From NCBI GenBank assembly GCA_965637545.1, contig OZ281499.1, positions 7,006,001-7,070,000 of the forward strand: a stretch of DNA of 64,000 nucleotides, read 5' to 3'. The notes under the pieces were generated by a model. That model was not told where the DNA came from, did not search any database, and saw nothing but the letters and a program-made list of their open reading frames with translations. Below are positions 61,650 to 64,000 of this stretch, piece by piece. Made by a program: the position numbers and the translations under genes. The stretch comes from Phallusia mammillata. Lineage: Eukaryota. How positions within the stretch are numbered: the stretch's first letter is position 1; each line of letters opens with the position of its first letter.

Positions 61650-64000
61650 CGTTATGACAACCGCTAAGGAAAAAAACAACGTTCGAGACGTGTCTGGCGC
61701 TCATGGAGAAAGAAGCCAAGTTATGCGCAGCACTGAAAATACCGAACTGCTGGAGTTTTAAAGCTACGAAAGAGTAGAATTTTAAAGCTCAAAAGAGAAG
61801 AATTATGGAACCTTATGAAGGAAATAAACTTTCCTTCAAGAAAAATCGTAGGAATAGCCGAAATGAAGGGCACCCTTGTGGATGTAACCTGCACGACAAG
61901 AGAAAACGTTTTGGACCTTCACAAGAAATTACTGGAGATATCATATGTTCAAAACTTGAGGCTTTATGAAAGCGATAAGATTAATGTAGGCGTTGGATGG
62001 GTCCCGATACCGTTTCCAAATGCCTTAATTGGTAAAACATGGAAGAGCACTACGGTAAAGTGAATAAAATAGTGAATAGAAAAGACAATAAATGAATTTT
62101 TTCTGGTATGAGGATACTTACAATGAACAAATTTGATCTAGAAAAAAAAACAGACCCAGCTACATTCGAATACATGGCAATGAAATTTATGTGACCTATC
62201 ATGGACAAGCAATAACCTGTAAATATTGTGGATAAACAGGCCACAAACAGTCTACTTGTTTCAAGAGAAAAACAATCCCTTTGTTAGAAAACCGGCAAAA
62301 ACAAAACCCAACAGCACCGCAAGATAAGGAAACTGATAGTGACCCTGTCCCAGAGGCATCACTTGAACAAAATCAACCAAGAAGAACAGGAGATCTCGGC
62401 AATTATTGCCCCGGCAGTGACGCGCAAACGACCTCGTAATAACCCAACAGAATTTCCGGAAAGTAAATCCCGTAGTCTGTGCGAGTACACAATCCCAGTA
62501 AAGTGCCCAAGCTACAACACCGGAAGTTTAGTGGACCCAGACTGCAGGCATTTCTTCTGCTGCAAATGCAAAAAAAATATACAGTGGCCAAGGCATGCTG
62601 TGACGAATCAACATTGTTCCTTTTGCCACAATTGCAAACAGAAACAAAAAGTAAAGCATCGATGAGACTGATGCCATGCTGTAATAAAATGCAACCATAA
62701 TATATAATGGACGGAAACATGTTCGAATGTATTCGATGCCAAAGGTATTAGGAATCACAAAAGGGTATATAGGAAATCATAAAAAAACGAAAAACTATAT
62801 TTCACGTTCTTAAAAGGAAGGCATTTCATATCGTTTTTCCCTAGGAAACGCACTGTTCAATTAATAAGAAAAATTTGTGGGAATTAGAATGGGGAAACGA
62901 AATAGTTTGGGCACATAGCTCTACCCGCAGCAAAGGTGTGGCAATCCTGCTCACAAAAATAATTTGAATTCATCTAATGTCGTAGAGATAGACCCCGAAG
63001 GGAGGTACGTTTTCATCGACCTCGAATATAACAACCTCGAATTGAAACTTTGCAATCTATACACGCCAAACAATGATAAAACTAGGCGAGGAAGATAACT
63101 CAAATCTTATCATAGGCTGTGATTTTAATGTGACGCTGCAGGATAATTTAGACAACAGTCACGGGCCCCCTAATCCCAATCGTAGTTCACGAAGGAGTAT
63201 CCTCTCACATATGGAAACTTTTAATTTATGCGACGTTTTTCGTAAGATGCATCCGACCACCAACAGATTTTCGCGAGTACAATTTTGGTAGCTACCCGCA
63301 TCGATTTCTTCCTGTTTTCGGAATACCTAAAAAACAAAGTAACGTCTGCCGATATTATACAGGGGGTTAAGTCAGACCATCGTATCATTCTCTCTATGAT
63401 TCTCGCAAACTCTTAGAGGTAAAGGATATTGGAAATTAAACACAAATTTACTGTCGGATAAGAGGTTTATTTCCAACATCCAAAAAACAATTCAGAATTA
63501 AAAGATAAACAACGATCAATGTGACACAAATCCGAATATTCGGTGGGATGCTTTGAAAGCCGTAATTCGTGGAGAAACCATGAAACAACAGGAAATAACC
63601 CAAGGTTGAACAGTAAATAACCCAAGGTAGTCCTGAATTAACAGAAAAACTAACCAAATCAAAAATTGAATTGGACATTCTAATAGAGGCCCAAACAAAG
63701 AGTGCGATGGTAAGAAGTCGAGCGAAGTGGACAGAAAAGGGCGAAAGAAATTCTAAGTATTTTTTACACCTGGAAAAACGCCATGCGTTAAAAAAGTCGA
63801 TCGATCAGTTGAAAATAGACGAAACCTTTGCTCAGACCAAAGTATGATCCTGGAAGAGTTGGTAAATTTTTTTGAACATCTTTACAAACAGGCTGATTCC
63901 CATTTCACGCCATTAGAGGTGACATCACGCCTTTCAAAACTTAATTTGCCAACGTTAAATCAATCTCAGTTTGAAAATAGTGAGTTGCCGATTTCCGAAA
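61650..64000 (+). mobile_element. L1/Tx1-type LINE (ORF1 + APE endonuclease region of ORF2), decayed, runs off the window
   Basis: ORF1 has VDVTC, WVPIP and the CKYCG.TGH....C knuckle. ORF2 has ETH, SKGVAIL, GCDFN, RIDFFL, SDH, GYWKLN and RSRAKW.EKGERNSKYF. Confidence 0.88.

Overview
This is AT-rich, intron-containing eukaryotic DNA, most likely from an invertebrate metazoan (inferred from the transposable element (TE) families present). I recognised no host gene. The window is almost entirely nested and mostly decayed TEs. DNA transposons: two Mutator/MULE elements (one Foldback-like, with inverted arms built from a modular satellite; one CaRF-like), an EnSpm/CACTA element, three two-gene Harbinger elements, three coding hAT elements plus several hAT MITEs, and a P-element scrap. 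Retroelements: Penelope-like elements (PLEs) with hammerhead ribozymes, two R2/NeSL-type and two L1/Tx1-type LINEs, Gypsy and BEL scraps, and a tRNA-type SINE in two copies. Three observations stand out. (1) A frameshifted but apparently full-length HUH-endonuclease + SF3-helicase Rep gene (15270-16571, minus strand) that fits none of the surrounding TE classes; it is either an endogenous ssDNA virus or an undescribed rolling-circle element. (2) A ~13.6-kb quasi-palindrome (24397-38011), apparently made when one end of a Harbinger plus its flank was copied over the other end. (3) A Penelope element split in two by an apparent ~15-kb inversion with a 30-bp breakpoint duplication. All family calls come from motifs read by eye, with no database search. 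Coordinates of degraded pieces are approximate.
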